Of a stretch of DNA of 64,000 nucleotides, positions 28,439 to 39,225 are shown piece by piece. Position 1 is the stretch's first letter; each line of letters starts with the position of its first letter. The stretch is from positions 372,266 through 436,265 of IMG/VR virus record IMGVR_UViG_3300042261_002385; one strand, 5' to 3'. The translations under genes and the position numbers were made by a program. Below the pieces are notes generated by a model. That model saw only the letters and a list, made by a program, of their open reading frames with translations. It was not told where the DNA came from and ran no database searches.

Positions 28439-29541
28439 TACGCTCTAGTAATTGCAAATTGTTGTATTGAATCAAGTCCCCAATCACCTCCCCAGTTGGT
28501 TGTTCCACATGATGTAGTGGTTGAACCAGCTGGTGTGAGTTGTTTATATCCTAACAATTCGTCAAGTGAATAAAGAACATACTCTGCTGAATAAACATCT
28601 TCTGATCCAACGACAGCAACTATCCAAGCTGAGTCATTAAGTAAGAAACTACCTTCTTTATAGTAGGCTATAACGCTTGTAGGATGTGTGACTCCATCTG
28701 GAATAGAAATTGGATAAAATAAGTTTTCTTCTAATTGGTTAAAAGCAAACCAACTTAATGGTGTTTGGTAATAAATGAATTGATTATTTGAGTGTGTTGC
28801 TGCGTAACTAGCTGCTGATAAAGGTGTCAACGTTTGTGCTCCAGAACCGTAAGCCTCAAATGTTATACCTGTTATTAGTCCACAAGCTGGAGGAGCAGAA
28901 CCAGTCGTTACACTTGCAGTAAATGAAAATATTTGTTTGTCAAGATTCATAACACGATCGAGATATAAAGTATATGTGGTTGAATAACTAGCATTTGATG
29001 AAAAATTTATAGTAGCATCAGTAACTTTTAAGTCATCATACGTAATTTCAGTTGCTGGAATAATATCACCTGTATCATCTTTAACTAAACGAGCATATCT
29101 TGGTAACAAAGAAACTGAGATTACTGGTGCATCAAAGGTTACAGTCAAAGTATTTAAGTCTACAAATTCAGGGGTGATACCATTGGTAGTAGATATTTCA
29201 GTGGGTCTAAAACTTTCTCTAGACTTTTGTAATTGAGCAGCTACAGTAGGAGCTCCAGAAACAAACGGTGGAAAAACTCTATGTTTCTTTTGGTCATAAG
29301 TATTTGTTTCATCCCAACCTAAATCACCATTTGGTTCTTTTTCAACATCTACATAGAAAGTTTCATCAATTCTATCCCAGCAGAGACTTATGTAAGTAAT
29401 TTCTTTTTCATCTTCTATAATAATTCTACCTCTTGAATCGATTTGCCTTTCAAGACCAGAACCTTTTAAAGCTGCACTCCAAGCCACTTGACCAACAATT
29501 GAAAGTAAATTTACGACTCGGTTAGTATCATCTATAGCCAT
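28438..29541 (-). CDS. Putative virion protein with Ig-like segment; paralogue of 29580
   Basis: Shared WDRIDE...GAPTVAAQLQK and EAYGSG...CGT.NWGG.W domains. Confidence 0.55.
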   Translation of the reverse strand: MAIDDTNRVVNLLSIVGQVAWSAALKGSGLERQIDSRGRIIIEDEKEITYISLCWDRIDETFYVDVEKEPNGDLGWDETNTYDQKKHRVFPPFVSGAPTVAAQLQKSRESFRPTEISTTNGITPEFVDLNTLTVTFDAPVISVSLLPRYARLVKDDTGDIIPATEITYDDLKVTDATINFSSNASYSTTYTLYLDRVMNLDKQIFSFTASVTTGSAPPACGLITGITFEAYGSGAQTLTPLSAASYAATHSNNQFIYYQTPLSWFAFNQLEENLFYPISIPDGVTHPTSVIAYYKEGSFLLNDSAWIVAVVGSEDVYSAEYVLYSLDELLGYKQLTPAGSTTTSCGTTNWGGDWGLDSIQQFAITRA

Positions 29542-29579
29542 ATCACATTTTTTTCTTTTATATATTAATTCTCAAAAAC

Positions 29580-31067
29580 CTAAACTCTATTAATTCTGAA
29601 TTGCTGAATAGTATCTATCCAATTACCACCCCAATTAATTGTTCCACACAAATAAGTAGACGAACCAGCTGGACTTAATTGATATGTTTCACCAATTATG
29701 TCTAAAGAATAAAGCACGTATTCATAAGAACTATTATAGTCTAATTCAGAGCCTATAATTCCCACAATCCACGGTGCGTCTTCAAGCAAGTAAGCTCCGT
29801 TTTTATAATAAACATAAACAGTCGTTGGTATAGTAACGCTAGCCGGAACTAAAACAGTAGAATCTAATTTAGTTAAAAATTCAGTCCAATTCAATCCTTC
29901 TTGATAATAAATAAATTTATTATCAGTATTGGTGAGAAAAGACCATTCTGACTCTGACACTGGATAAATCAATTGCTCACCTGATCCATAAGCTTCTATG
30001 AAAATACTACTAATTTCAGGACAAGCTCTTGGGGCATCTATTGTTGTTGCTGAAACTTCATGAGATGTTGACTCTTTTGCCAAATTGAACACACCATCTA
30101 TAGTAATCACGTGTGTTGTGCCATATTCTGCCGGAGGCTCAATAGTTAAATAAACATCGTTTGTTTTATCTTCGTCAGAGTTAATTTCTGTAACTGTAAG
30201 ATTGTATGAAATTTCAGGTCCCGATGCAGTCACATCATCAATAGTAAAAATTGCTTCACTATCACCACCCGAAACTCTAATCTGATCACCGACACGATAT
30301 CCAGAACCACCAGAAACTATAGTTGCTGACTCAACTGCGCCTCCATCAACACTTTCTATTAAAAAAATTGAATTTCCATTACCTCTATCAATTACTAATG
30401 TTTCTCCTGCTTGATAGCCTGTTCCCGCTGATATAATTGTTGCTGATGTTAATCTGCCTCCTTCATGGGTCATTTCTAATGTTAGACCAGAACCACCAGG
30501 TGATCCAGTCACACTGCCTGTAAATGGATTTGTAAAACCACCTAATCCATCACCAGCAACAAATATACTACCACTTAGAACACGAGTTGGAGTAGCCGAT
30601 ACTAAGACTTGAGCAGAAGTTCCAACATCACTTAATACATTGTATGTAGTTGATATATAACCTGAACCAGAAGTTAGAAGACTTATACTATTGATATAAC
30701 CGTTAGCAAGTCCAGTGATAGAAATACTATCTGTTGATAGTAATGATGAGTAGATTTTATTTTTAAAATTTAAGTTTAGAGTTTGGAGATTTGAAAACTC
30801 TGCCGTAACGTCATTTCCTGTTGGAAGTGAAGTAGCTACATATCCTACTTTTTGTTTTTGTAACTGGGCAGCCACAGTAGGCGCTCCTTCTTCAAAAGAT
30901 GGAAAAATCTTATAAGTTTTTTTATTAGAATCATCTTGAACATAAAGTGCTTCATCTATTCTATCCCATATTATTGAAATCATAGCATCTTCAGATTTTG
31001 TAGTAAAAATTACAATTTTTCTATTCTCTGAAGTTATTTGACCCGCTCTTACTTCTCTATCAAACAT
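29580..31067 (-). CDS. Putative virion protein with Gly-rich G.GY repeats; paralogue of 28438
   Basis: SGSGY, AGTGY, GGSGY repeats; shared terminal domains. Confidence 0.55.
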   Translation of the reverse strand: MFDREVRAGQITSENRKIVIFTTKSEDAMISIIWDRIDEALYVQDDSNKKTYKIFPSFEEGAPTVAAQLQKQKVGYVATSLPTGNDVTAEFSNLQTLNLNFKNKIYSSLLSTDSISITGLANGYINSISLLTSGSGYISTTYNVLSDVGTSAQVLVSATPTRVLSGSIFVAGDGLGGFTNPFTGSVTGSPGGSGLTLEMTHEGGRLTSATIISAGTGYQAGETLVIDRGNGNSIFLIESVDGGAVESATIVSGGSGYRVGDQIRVSGGDSEAIFTIDDVTASGPEISYNLTVTEINSDEDKTNDVYLTIEPPAEYGTTHVITIDGVFNLAKESTSHEVSATTIDAPRACPEISSIFIEAYGSGEQLIYPVSESEWSFLTNTDNKFIYYQEGLNWTEFLTKLDSTVLVPASVTIPTTVYVYYKNGAYLLEDAPWIVGIIGSELDYNSSYEYVLYSLDIIGETYQLSPAGSSTYLCGTINWGGNWIDTIQQFRINRV

Positions 31068-31118
31068 TTGGTGGTTTAAAATTTTATTTATATATTAATA
31101 TTATAATATATATTAAAA

Positions 31119-31685
31119 ATGAAAGGATTAATCGTTTTAGATATAGATGAGACGTTGATATCATCTAAGGTAGTTTTAGAAAATGAACTTGACACAATTG
31201 ACCAAAACCAGTTTGATTTTAGCTTCACATTGGATTGGCAGTCAGAAACATATTATGTTTTTATCAAAAAAAGACCATTTTTAGACGAATTTATAGAATA
31301 TTTGGTCAAAGACTTTGAAATAGCAGTATTTACAGCAGCAGACAGAGAGTATGCAACAAAAATACTACAACACTTAGGTATATTTGACAGACTTAAATTC
31401 TTTAAATCTCGAGAGTCTTTAAGTATAGGGTTTGACTGGTTTAAACTATTTGTTTACCTAAAAAAACTTAAATCAATACCAGATATAGATTTAAAAAAGA
31501 CAGTCATAATTGACGACACTAAAGAAGTCGCAAATAGAAACTCTAAGAATTTAATACATGTCAATCAATTCAAATGGAACAGAAAATCTTCTGAAAATGA
31601 CGCTACACTTCTAAAAGTTATTTCTTTACTTGAACAAATAAAAGACTTACCAGATTGGACCTCAGTTAAAAAAAGAATTGTATAG
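31119..31685 (+). CDS. FCP1/NIF-like HAD phosphatase
   Basis: IVLDIDETL (DxDxT), KRPFLDEF, VFTAA, IIDD. Confidence 0.85.
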   Translation: MKGLIVLDIDETLISSKVVLENELDTIDQNQFDFSFTLDWQSETYYVFIKKRPFLDEFIEYLVKDFEIAVFTAADREYATKILQHLGIFDRLKFFKSRESLSIGFDWFKLFVYLKKLKSIPDIDLKKTVIIDDTKEVANRNSKNLIHVNQFKWNRKSSENDATLLKVISLLEQIKDLPDWTSVKKRIV

Positions 31686-31686
31686 A

Positions 31687-32052
31687 TTATTTAGACTGTT
31701 GTAATCTTTTAGTCTTTTCTTTTGACCTTTCACATTTTACTTTAATATAATCATGAGCTCTTTTAAGTCGTTTTTTAACTTCAGGATCTTTCGAGGTTCT
31801 TACAGCAACTCTTAATCTTTGTTCTATCAAATTTATAATCTGAGATTGACGCTTATGTGACTTACTCTTAAAACTTTGACTATTCAATGTCTTTCTGACA
31901 TCTTCTAAAGTTCTAAACTTTACTGATACTGTATCATCAGGATTTTCGTCAGTGTATAACCTACGAGAGGAACCTTTAGGCTTTTTTCCAGTTCCTACTA
32001 AAGGGTCTTTTTCTTCTGAGATAAATTGACCAAAGCTTTCTAAATGTATCAT
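31687..32052 (-). CDS. Basic hypothetical protein, N-tag variant
   Basis: MIHLESFGQFISE; GTGKKPKGSSRRLYTDENP. Confidence 0.65.
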   Translation of the reverse strand: MIHLESFGQFISEEKDPLVGTGKKPKGSSRRLYTDENPDDTVSVKFRTLEDVRKTLNSQSFKSKSHKRQSQIINLIEQRLRVAVRTSKDPEVKKRLKRAHDYIKVKCERSKEKTKRLQQSK

Positions 32053-32069
32053 TAGATTATATATTATAT

Positions 32070-33074
32070 TTAGTAACCGAATACTCCTTTGTCTGCATTA
32101 TAATTTTGTAAAACCTCATCTGGAGTTAAGGATCTTGTATAACAATAAACTTTAGATACTCTTCCATTTAGTAAATTACCACCAGGACTATAACAAGCTA
32201 CATTTGTAGAACCGTTACCGGTATAAGCTGTTTTAATAGTTGTATAACTACTATCTAATATTCCGTTTATATAAAGTTTCATTCCATCTGTTGTATTAAA
32301 AGTTAAAGCTGCATTATACCACTTGTTTAAACTAAACGTAGCAGTTGATGGATAGTTAGAAGGAAATCCTGCCCAATTTGAATGACCGTTATACATTTTA
32401 TTAGTTCCTTGAAAAAACATATAATGACCTCCAGTATTACTACTTAAAACATTGTTGTCTTGATATGAATTTAAATAAAACCAAACAGATTTAGTATAAG
32501 ATGTTGATGATAGAACCGCTCCTGAACCACTACCGTATTGATTAGAACCATTAAAGGTGAAATAAGCAGGTGATGTTGAAGTATATGTAGGATTATTAAC
32601 AAGTGTAATGTTTTGAGTCGTGCCTGCTAAATCTGTCCAAGTAGTTCCTGATCCTGTATAACTTAAAGGATTACCAGCATCTAGACGTAAAGATAAATCA
32701 GTAGTGACAATTTGACCATAAGACGTCCAATATCCATTTGAGTTTAAATAAGATAAAGCATTTGAAGCTGTTAAAAATGATTGACTCGTCAACTTTAAAA
32801 CAGTAGATAAGAACTCAGCATCAGTAAATTGAGAGGTTCTTCTGAATCCTACCGATGTTCCTGAAACTATCACACTTCCAGATGCTGCTGTTTTTGGGCC
32901 TGTATAAGGGTATCCAATTATATATCCTAAATCTTCATCGGGTCCGTTAAACCAAGTCAATCCACCACAACCGGCTGTCCAACCAGTGGACTGAATCGAT
33001 AAGTTTCCATACTGAGTTGATCCAGTCGGTGCACTTAAACTTGGATTATAAGCAAACGCTCTTGATGTTGGCAT
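32070..33074 (-). CDS. LamG/concanavalin-like domain protein (putative tail/virion)
   Basis: LRLDAGNPLSY.GSGTTW.DL, KLYINGILD, SKVYCYTRSLT..EV.QNY. Confidence 0.75.
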   Translation of the reverse strand: MPTSRAFAYNPSLSAPTGSTQYGNLSIQSTGWTAGCGGLTWFNGPDEDLGYIIGYPYTGPKTAASGSVIVSGTSVGFRRTSQFTDAEFLSTVLKLTSQSFLTASNALSYLNSNGYWTSYGQIVTTDLSLRLDAGNPLSYTGSGTTWTDLAGTTQNITLVNNPTYTSTSPAYFTFNGSNQYGSGSGAVLSSTSYTKSVWFYLNSYQDNNVLSSNTGGHYMFFQGTNKMYNGHSNWAGFPSNYPSTATFSLNKWYNAALTFNTTDGMKLYINGILDSSYTTIKTAYTGNGSTNVACYSPGGNLLNGRVSKVYCYTRSLTPDEVLQNYNADKGVFGY

Positions 33075-33084
33075 AGATTATATA

Positions 33085-33810
33085 TTATTTATATAATGTA
33101 GTATCTATCGTTTGTAGAATAAAATCACACACCAATATATGTCCTCGAGCAGTCGGATGTATTCCATCTGATGTCATACTTTGTAGATCATAAGGCTCAA
33201 TAAATTGACATTCGGTTAAATCTGATTTTAATTTCAGCTGTAGGTTTTTTCTTTTTTCAACATATGGAATCCAATCTGACCTTTTACTTAATAGATTTGC
33301 TGGTCTTCCGACAGGAAGAATGTTAATATCCATAAACTTACCTTCAATCTTCCAACCTAAGTTAACCCAAACATCACAACCATGTGAGTTGGATATGTCA
33401 ATCATTTTCTGAAAATTAGAAATAGTTGTCTCCAAAGGTATTGACATATTTGAAGCATCATTTCCACCACCATATAAGATAACACGGTCCCAATTTTTAC
33501 CAGTCTTAAACATCGATTCTAATTTTTCTAACATCCATTTTGAAGTCTTACCACCAGAAGCTCCAACATCAACAGTGACACCATATGGTGATAACTTTTG
33601 TGATAAGTGATTAGGCCAAGTCCAAGTTATCTTTTGTCCAGAATTAGTTGTAACAGCACTTTGTGAATCACCTATAATAAGAATAGACATCGGTGGTTTA
33701 ATAGTATCAGTTACAACCTGACTGTTTGTTTTGATAAAACTAATTTGTTTCTCATCTCTTAAAACTCCAGAAAACAAAAAAGATAAAATTAAAATTCCAA
33801 GCAATCTCAT
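33085..33810 (-). CDS. SGNH/GDSL hydrolase
   Basis: IIGDSQS, G.ND, DGIHP. Confidence 0.85.
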   Translation of the reverse strand: MRLLGILILSFLFSGVLRDEKQISFIKTNSQVVTDTIKPPMSILIIGDSQSAVTTNSGQKITWTWPNHLSQKLSPYGVTVDVGASGGKTSKWMLEKLESMFKTGKNWDRVILYGGGNDASNMSIPLETTISNFQKMIDISNSHGCDVWVNLGWKIEGKFMDINILPVGRPANLLSKRSDWIPYVEKRKNLQLKLKSDLTECQFIEPYDLQSMTSDGIHPTARGHILVCDFILQTIDTTLYK

Positions 33811-33899
33811 ACGTTATATATTATAATTTTTATAAAAACAAAGTTATAAACAAATCAATTTTTATATCGTATAACCGTGATATAAAATATTTACTTATT

Positions 33900-34409
33900 A
33901 TGAAAAATTTAATTCTTACCTTAATTTTAAGCTTTGTGTCGACAATTTTGTTTTCACAAACATCACTTGATATCTATGTTGTATCAAATCAAGGAACTGG
34001 AGTTCCTGAATGTCCTTTCGGGTTAGTCGATACCTGGTCCAGTCAATCAGGAGCTGGGAATATGACACTTATTTCACAAGACTCAATCTTTGGAGCGCCG
34101 GTATACCACTATGAGATTCCAGATACCACTTATCCTATTTTAGTGACTATCTGTCTTTATGTTGGTTCACAACAACCACCATTTCCACCACAAACTCCGA
34201 ACTGTGTAACATTGACAGTTAATGGTCCTATGATGGCTTATACAATTGTTGCAGATTGTGGACAACTACAAATAGAAGAAATTTTTACAGAAGATAAAAT
34301 CGTAAGTATTACAAATCTTTTAGGTCAACCAATCAGTTGGAAACAAGAAGAACTTATGATTGTTAAATTCTCTAATGGAACTTATAAAAAATTATTCGTC
34401 AATAAATAA
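33900..34409 (+). CDS. Secreted protein with T9SS type A-like C-terminal domain
   Basis: Signal peptide ...FSQ; ITNLLGQ...KFSNGTYKK. Confidence 0.6.
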   Translation: MKNLILTLILSFVSTILFSQTSLDIYVVSNQGTGVPECPFGLVDTWSSQSGAGNMTLISQDSIFGAPVYHYEIPDTTYPILVTICLYVGSQQPPFPPQTPNCVTLTVNGPMMAYTIVADCGQLQIEEIFTEDKIVSITNLLGQPISWKQEELMIVKFSNGTYKKLFVNK

Positions 34410-34662
34410 ATGACTAAATCTGAAATCATTTCCCGTATTATTTTTTTAGAGTCTCAGATAACTCAAAAAATTATTAGTGATAGAAGTTTTAGAGCTAGTG
34501 ACCAAGATGAGTTTAAAGAACATAGAACCGAATTAAGAATCTTAAGAGAAATGGTCAAAGATGAATTATATCCACCAAGCTATCTTCCTGATGGAAAAAA
34601 TCCTCAAAGACCTAGTGTTGATTTAGAAATTAAAAAACCAAAACTAGATAATAAGTTATAAT

Positions 34663-35007
34663 ATGGACTATAAAGAAATGCAACTATTAACAAATCAAAA
34701 GTTTGAATCACTAGACTTTAAAGTAGGTGATATCTTTTCAGAAATGTTAGCTCACTGGAAAGTAATTATTAAAGTTGATGGTGATAGACTTACTGTTATT
34801 TCTGGTTCATCAAAAAATCTAAAATTAGAATCATATACACCGAAAGAATTTAAAGAACATTGTTCTTATAAAAATATCACAGGTTATTGGATAGACTTTA
34901 TGAAAAACGATACTAGAAGAGCATCAGACTATTTAGAAGCTTACTTTGAGCAAATAGATATGAGTCAAAAAGAAATAAGAGATTTCAAATTAGATTTAGT
35001 TCTCTGA
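34663..35007 (+). CDS. Hypothetical protein with C-terminal tag (RDFKLDLVL)
   Basis: ORF; tag. Confidence 0.7.
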   Translation: MDYKEMQLLTNQKFESLDFKVGDIFSEMLAHWKVIIKVDGDRLTVISGSSKNLKLESYTPKEFKEHCSYKNITGYWIDFMKNDTRRASDYLEAYFEQIDMSQKEIRDFKLDLVL

Positions 35008-35206
35008 AAAAAAATTTTTGATTATGAAAAAACAATTTCTATTTATCGTTTTCGTTCTTTCTTGTGTTAATATCTGCACGTGTTTTATGATTGGTGATTC
35101 AGTAGCAGCAATTGCCTGGGTTACAGCAGCTATCTCTTCAATAGATCACTTTAATACTTTAAGAAGGTTAGACGATTAGTCTGTTTTACAACTAGATATA
35201 TAGAGT

Positions 35207-36079
35207 ATGAAACCACTACTTACTCTTATTGCTATAATATTATACACAAATTTATTTTGTCAACAATCACAAGATACAGTAAGTCTTAGTCCACAACAAT
35301 TATTCGAGTTTAACTCTAAATGGAATAACTTAGGTGTATCACAAATCTACGTAGATTTCTCTAAAGATGTGCTGTCAAACTCTGATTTATCATTCGGAGT
35401 AGTTGGTAGAAAAGTATCGACTACACTAAATCTATCATATAATATACAATCTCCAAATGGCAACTGGAGTCATATGATACTTAGTTCGATAAATCCTGTT
35501 TGGAAATACTATGGTTTAGGCTACGGATTTTCACATACTACCGATAAAAGAGTTACAACATTACAATCAATGATATCCTCTGATTTCAAGTTTCAAAACA
35601 ATATTAATTTGAATTTTATAGATATTTACAAAACAAAAAAAATAGGTAAACTGGGATGGGGAATAACCTTGTCTAAAACATACTGGGATGAATGGCAAGG
35701 ACCGTGGGAAGGCCAATATATTGTAGACTCATTAGGTAATTGGGTTAGTAATATTTATCCTATCAATCCACCATCTAATCAATTATCAACTCGAGCTATA
35801 ATAATGTATACATATACATTTAAAACAAAAATTGTTGATATATCACCTCAAACATTCATTACATCGGATATTCATAAAGTATTTAAAAGTCCTGAATTGC
35901 AAATTAGTTACTTTGATGATGTAAACCTGGATATTTACTACGGTGTTTGCATGAATTGGAAAATAACCAACAAGTTTCGACTTAATACTACTTTAAGATT
36001 TAATAACACATATGATAAACAAAATTTAGGATTCAAAAAAAGTAATCCTATCCTTTTTATGATTGGAACAAGTTTTTAA
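35207..36079 (+). CDS. Putative outer-membrane beta-barrel protein
   Basis: Signal peptide ...FCQ; alternating aromatic beta pattern; terminal Phe (MIGTSF). Confidence 0.5.
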   Translation: MKPLLTLIAIILYTNLFCQQSQDTVSLSPQQLFEFNSKWNNLGVSQIYVDFSKDVLSNSDLSFGVVGRKVSTTLNLSYNIQSPNGNWSHMILSSINPVWKYYGLGYGFSHTTDKRVTTLQSMISSDFKFQNNINLNFIDIYKTKKIGKLGWGITLSKTYWDEWQGPWEGQYIVDSLGNWVSNIYPINPPSNQLSTRAIIMYTYTFKTKIVDISPQTFITSDIHKVFKSPELQISYFDDVNLDIYYGVCMNWKITNKFRLNTTLRFNNTYDKQNLGFKKSNPILFMIGTSF

Positions 36080-36630
36080 TTATCTAAGATATTACTGGAG
36101 ACTTCAAAGTATTTACCATCAGTAGATCCTCCGATATTATCTAACTCTTCACCGTCATATAATACTTTAGAAATCATATCACCATAAAAGTAAGATGTGA
36201 TACCAACTTCTTGGTCAACTATTAATTTTAGTTTAGATGAATCAAACTCTTCACACTCTATTTTAGATTCAAAGAAAGAACCTTTTTCACCACTAACACA
36301 AATTAAAAGCGGATCAGTTGATGTTTGATATCTATCAACAAACTCAAAATTATCAACCTCATCAGAGTAAAGTTCTTCATCAGATATCTGAAAAACTTCA
36401 TGACCTGATTCATCGGTCACACTTAAAACAAACTTATCTCCGACACCCCAGTTGTGATAGATATCATCTATATCATAAAAAGATTTACCAAGTTTTTCAT
36501 CTAAAACAATATCTTGTAAAGTAGATTCTTTAGACAATTCTGAATTGATTATAGATATGTCTTGTTCTGATAATGTTCCAATAGTTACTTCAGCTCCATA
36601 ACCCCAGATAGTAATAGTGAATTTTTTCAT
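36076..36630 (-). CDS. Hypothetical acidic protein
   Basis: 184-aa ORF. Confidence 0.7.
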   Translation of the reverse strand: MKKFTITIWGYGAEVTIGTLSEQDISIINSELSKESTLQDIVLDEKLGKSFYDIDDIYHNWGVGDKFVLSVTDESGHEVFQISDEELYSDEVDNFEFVDRYQTSTDPLLICVSGEKGSFFESKIECEEFDSSKLKLIVDQEVGITSYFYGDMISKVLYDGEELDNIGGSTDGKYFEVSSNILDN

Positions 36631-36678
36631 AATTTTGAATTTATTATAGTTATATCGAAAAATAATATATAGTTTTAT

Positions 36679-38016
36679 ATGATATCAAGACTTTCAACAT
36701 TTTCGGGACCTATATCTACTATATTTAAAAAAATCACTAGTTCTACTTCTGTCGTCACAAATGGTTTAGTTCTTTACTACGATCCAAGTAATTCACAAAG
36801 TTATCCAGGAACTGGAAATACTATCTATGACTTATCTGGAAATTCACTTCACGGTTCAATGTCTAATATTAGTTTTACCAGTTCATATTTTACTTATAAT
36901 GGAACATCATCACAAATATCTATAACCGATAATTCCTTACTAGAACCTGGAAGTGGTAGTTGGACAATGGAAGCTTGGGTTAATCAAACTGTTTCAGGAA
37001 ACGATGTTGTATTAGGTAAATTTGATAACGGTGGTTTATCTGAAGATGTTAGTTATAGTCTTAGAACTACCGGAACTAACTATTATGGTCAATACAGTGA
37101 TGGTTCTGGAACAGGTGCAACTTTATTTCAAAATAGTATTACTGTTACAGCAAGTGTTGGAAACTGGTATCAAATAGTTTTAGTTTGGAAAAACGGAGCA
37201 GTAAAAACGTTAGAAACGTTTGTAAATGGTCTTAGTATAGGAACTTCAAGTCACAGTTTGACTAGCTTAGTTAATACCGCAAACAACCTTTATATTGGAA
37301 GTTACAATGGTGGTGAGTATACTCAATACTTTGATGGAAAAATTGGAGTAGTAAGATTGTATAATACAGCATTGACACAAGCTGATGTTTATCAAAACTT
37401 CTCTGCTGATGCTTCTAAATATGGTTTAGTATATGATGAGATTAGAGAACAACTTACCGAATCACAAAGGATAACATATGACGCAGCAACTGATGGCAAT
37501 TGGATTAAGGTAACACAGACTCAATATGATAATATCGCAACTAATGTGTTAGGCACCACAAAATACCGAGATACTGACTCTAATTTTACAGCTGGATCAT
37601 CTCAATGGGGTAGTCCTTTCTTTTTAGTGGGTGGTTCAGCAAGTTTCTATATACCGGCTGATAACTATATAGTCGCGTATAAATTTATTGCAGGTAGAAC
37701 AAATGAAACCTACTCTACAAGAATTTATCAATCAAATACTTATTCACCAACTGCCAGTTCTTGGACCGCACTTGGTGTGACTAACTCGTTTGTTACCGGA
37801 GCATCAGCTAACGAAGTGGCTTACTATGTAAGAAAGAAACCAAGTTCAGTTACTCCTATAAATGTATTTATAGCTATCTATTCATCTAACAATCTTAAAC
37901 AAAGTGTTGGAACACCGACTTATCTTAGCTCTAATTTTGGAACATCATTTACTACTTATGCTTCAACAAATTCACCAGCTTTACAAGTATTAGCGACTCC
38001 TACAAAATCTTGGTAA
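36679..38016 (+). CDS. LamG-domain protein (putative tail/receptor-binding)
   Basis: GLVLYYD...SYPGTG, WTMEAWV, YIG...FDGKIGVVRLYNTALT. Confidence 0.75.
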   Translation: MISRLSTFSGPISTIFKKITSSTSVVTNGLVLYYDPSNSQSYPGTGNTIYDLSGNSLHGSMSNISFTSSYFTYNGTSSQISITDNSLLEPGSGSWTMEAWVNQTVSGNDVVLGKFDNGGLSEDVSYSLRTTGTNYYGQYSDGSGTGATLFQNSITVTASVGNWYQIVLVWKNGAVKTLETFVNGLSIGTSSHSLTSLVNTANNLYIGSYNGGEYTQYFDGKIGVVRLYNTALTQADVYQNFSADASKYGLVYDEIREQLTESQRITYDAATDGNWIKVTQTQYDNIATNVLGTTKYRDTDSNFTAGSSQWGSPFFLVGGSASFYIPADNYIVAYKFIAGRTNETYSTRIYQSNTYSPTASSWTALGVTNSFVTGASANEVAYYVRKKPSSVTPINVFIAIYSSNNLKQSVGTPTYLSSNFGTSFTTYASTNSPALQVLATPTKSW

Positions 38017-38020
38017 AATT

Positions 38021-38683
38021 ATGTTAAATAGAATATCTAACTTTTCTGGACCAAAATCAGTAACATTTAAAAAAATAGCTGCAGCTACTGGAGCCGACTC
38101 AATTAGATCTTCTTTAAATGCTGGATCACAAACTAGATACGATAGTGCTACAGTTGGTGACTTTATAACTGTTTCATCAGCTGAATACGCTTCTGTTGTA
38201 ACCGCAGTCACTGCAACAAAGTATATTATGACAGATGCTGATTTAACCAGTTCATTTACTGGTTGGTCTACAGGATATAATGTTTCTTACCAAGATACAA
38301 CAAAGTCTGAAGGTGCGATTCCTACATCAAATTATATAATAGGATATGCATTTAGTGGAGGATTTGGAGCAGGCAATATAACAACATATTTAAGAACAGG
38401 AACCGCTTCTAATAATACACATACAAAATTAGGTTCGAATATTGTTTTTGCACCGGGTTCTGGAAGTAAAACACTTTACTTCATAAGAAAAGCTCCTACA
38501 ACAGCGACTTCCCAGAAAACATATGTTTCATTCTATATGAATGGAACTAACTTAGGTCAAGTTTCAGGTAAAACAAATTATCCAATTTACTATAGTCAAT
38601 TTATTGATACAAATACTTGGACCTCTTTTACTGGTGGTTATCCTACTTTACAGGTTATAGCAACTACAAATAAACTTTGGTGA
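38021..38683 (+). CDS. Paralogue of the C-terminal domain of 36679
   Basis: Similar N-terminal peptide and YD.AT.G..I.V...Y domain; both end LQV.AT..K.W. Confidence 0.7.
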   Translation: MLNRISNFSGPKSVTFKKIAAATGADSIRSSLNAGSQTRYDSATVGDFITVSSAEYASVVTAVTATKYIMTDADLTSSFTGWSTGYNVSYQDTTKSEGAIPTSNYIIGYAFSGGFGAGNITTYLRTGTASNNTHTKLGSNIVFAPGSGSKTLYFIRKAPTTATSQKTYVSFYMNGTNLGQVSGKTNYPIYYSQFIDTNTWTSFTGGYPTLQVIATTNKLW

Positions 38684-38685
38684 TG

Positions 38686-39138
38686 CTACCCAATCTTCCA
38701 AACACCTAATAACCGACAACGCAGTTTAGTAGCATCATTCGAGTTACCACCAACTACTTCACCATCTTTAATAGTAAACGCGTGGTGTGATACAACAATG
38801 ATATAAGTTCCTTTATCATACCACTTAACAAATTGTCCTACTGTTTTAATTGAGCTATCTGAAATAGGTTTAATCGATTTACGACCTAATTTACGACCTT
38901 CATTGACCAACCTTTTCATAGTAAACATAAACTTAGGTGTGCCTTTTTTATCTGGTCTTAAAAATTCTTTCTTTACAAATTTATGAGCTTTATCATAATC
39001 CCAATCACAAGCCGCTGCAAAAGCACGAACTACACAATCATTTTTTTCAGACTGAGCAATCTTTGATTCGACATAATTTTTGATAGAGTCTTTAGGTGAA
39101 GTAAAGTTTAATTTCATAGAGTGTAGTGATTTATACAA
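38686..39138 (-). CDS. Hypothetical basic protein (NDCVVRA...HAF), possible cysteine-peptidase-like
   Basis: Cys/His motif; probable start at second Met 39117 after TATCTTTG/AATCACTAC. Confidence 0.5.
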   Translation of the reverse strand: MYKSLHSMKLNFTSPKDSIKNYVESKIAQSEKNDCVVRAFAAACDWDYDKAHKFVKKEFLRPDKKGTPKFMFTMKRLVNEGRKLGRKSIKPISDSSIKTVGQFVKWYDKGTYIIVVSHHAFTIKDGEVVGGNSNDATKLRCRLLGVWKIG

Positions 39139-39225
39139 AGATACAAAAATTTTTTAGATTAAAAAACTTATTTAACTATTGCTGTTTACTAATAATTCCT
39201 TATATTTGTAGAAATAATCACTACA

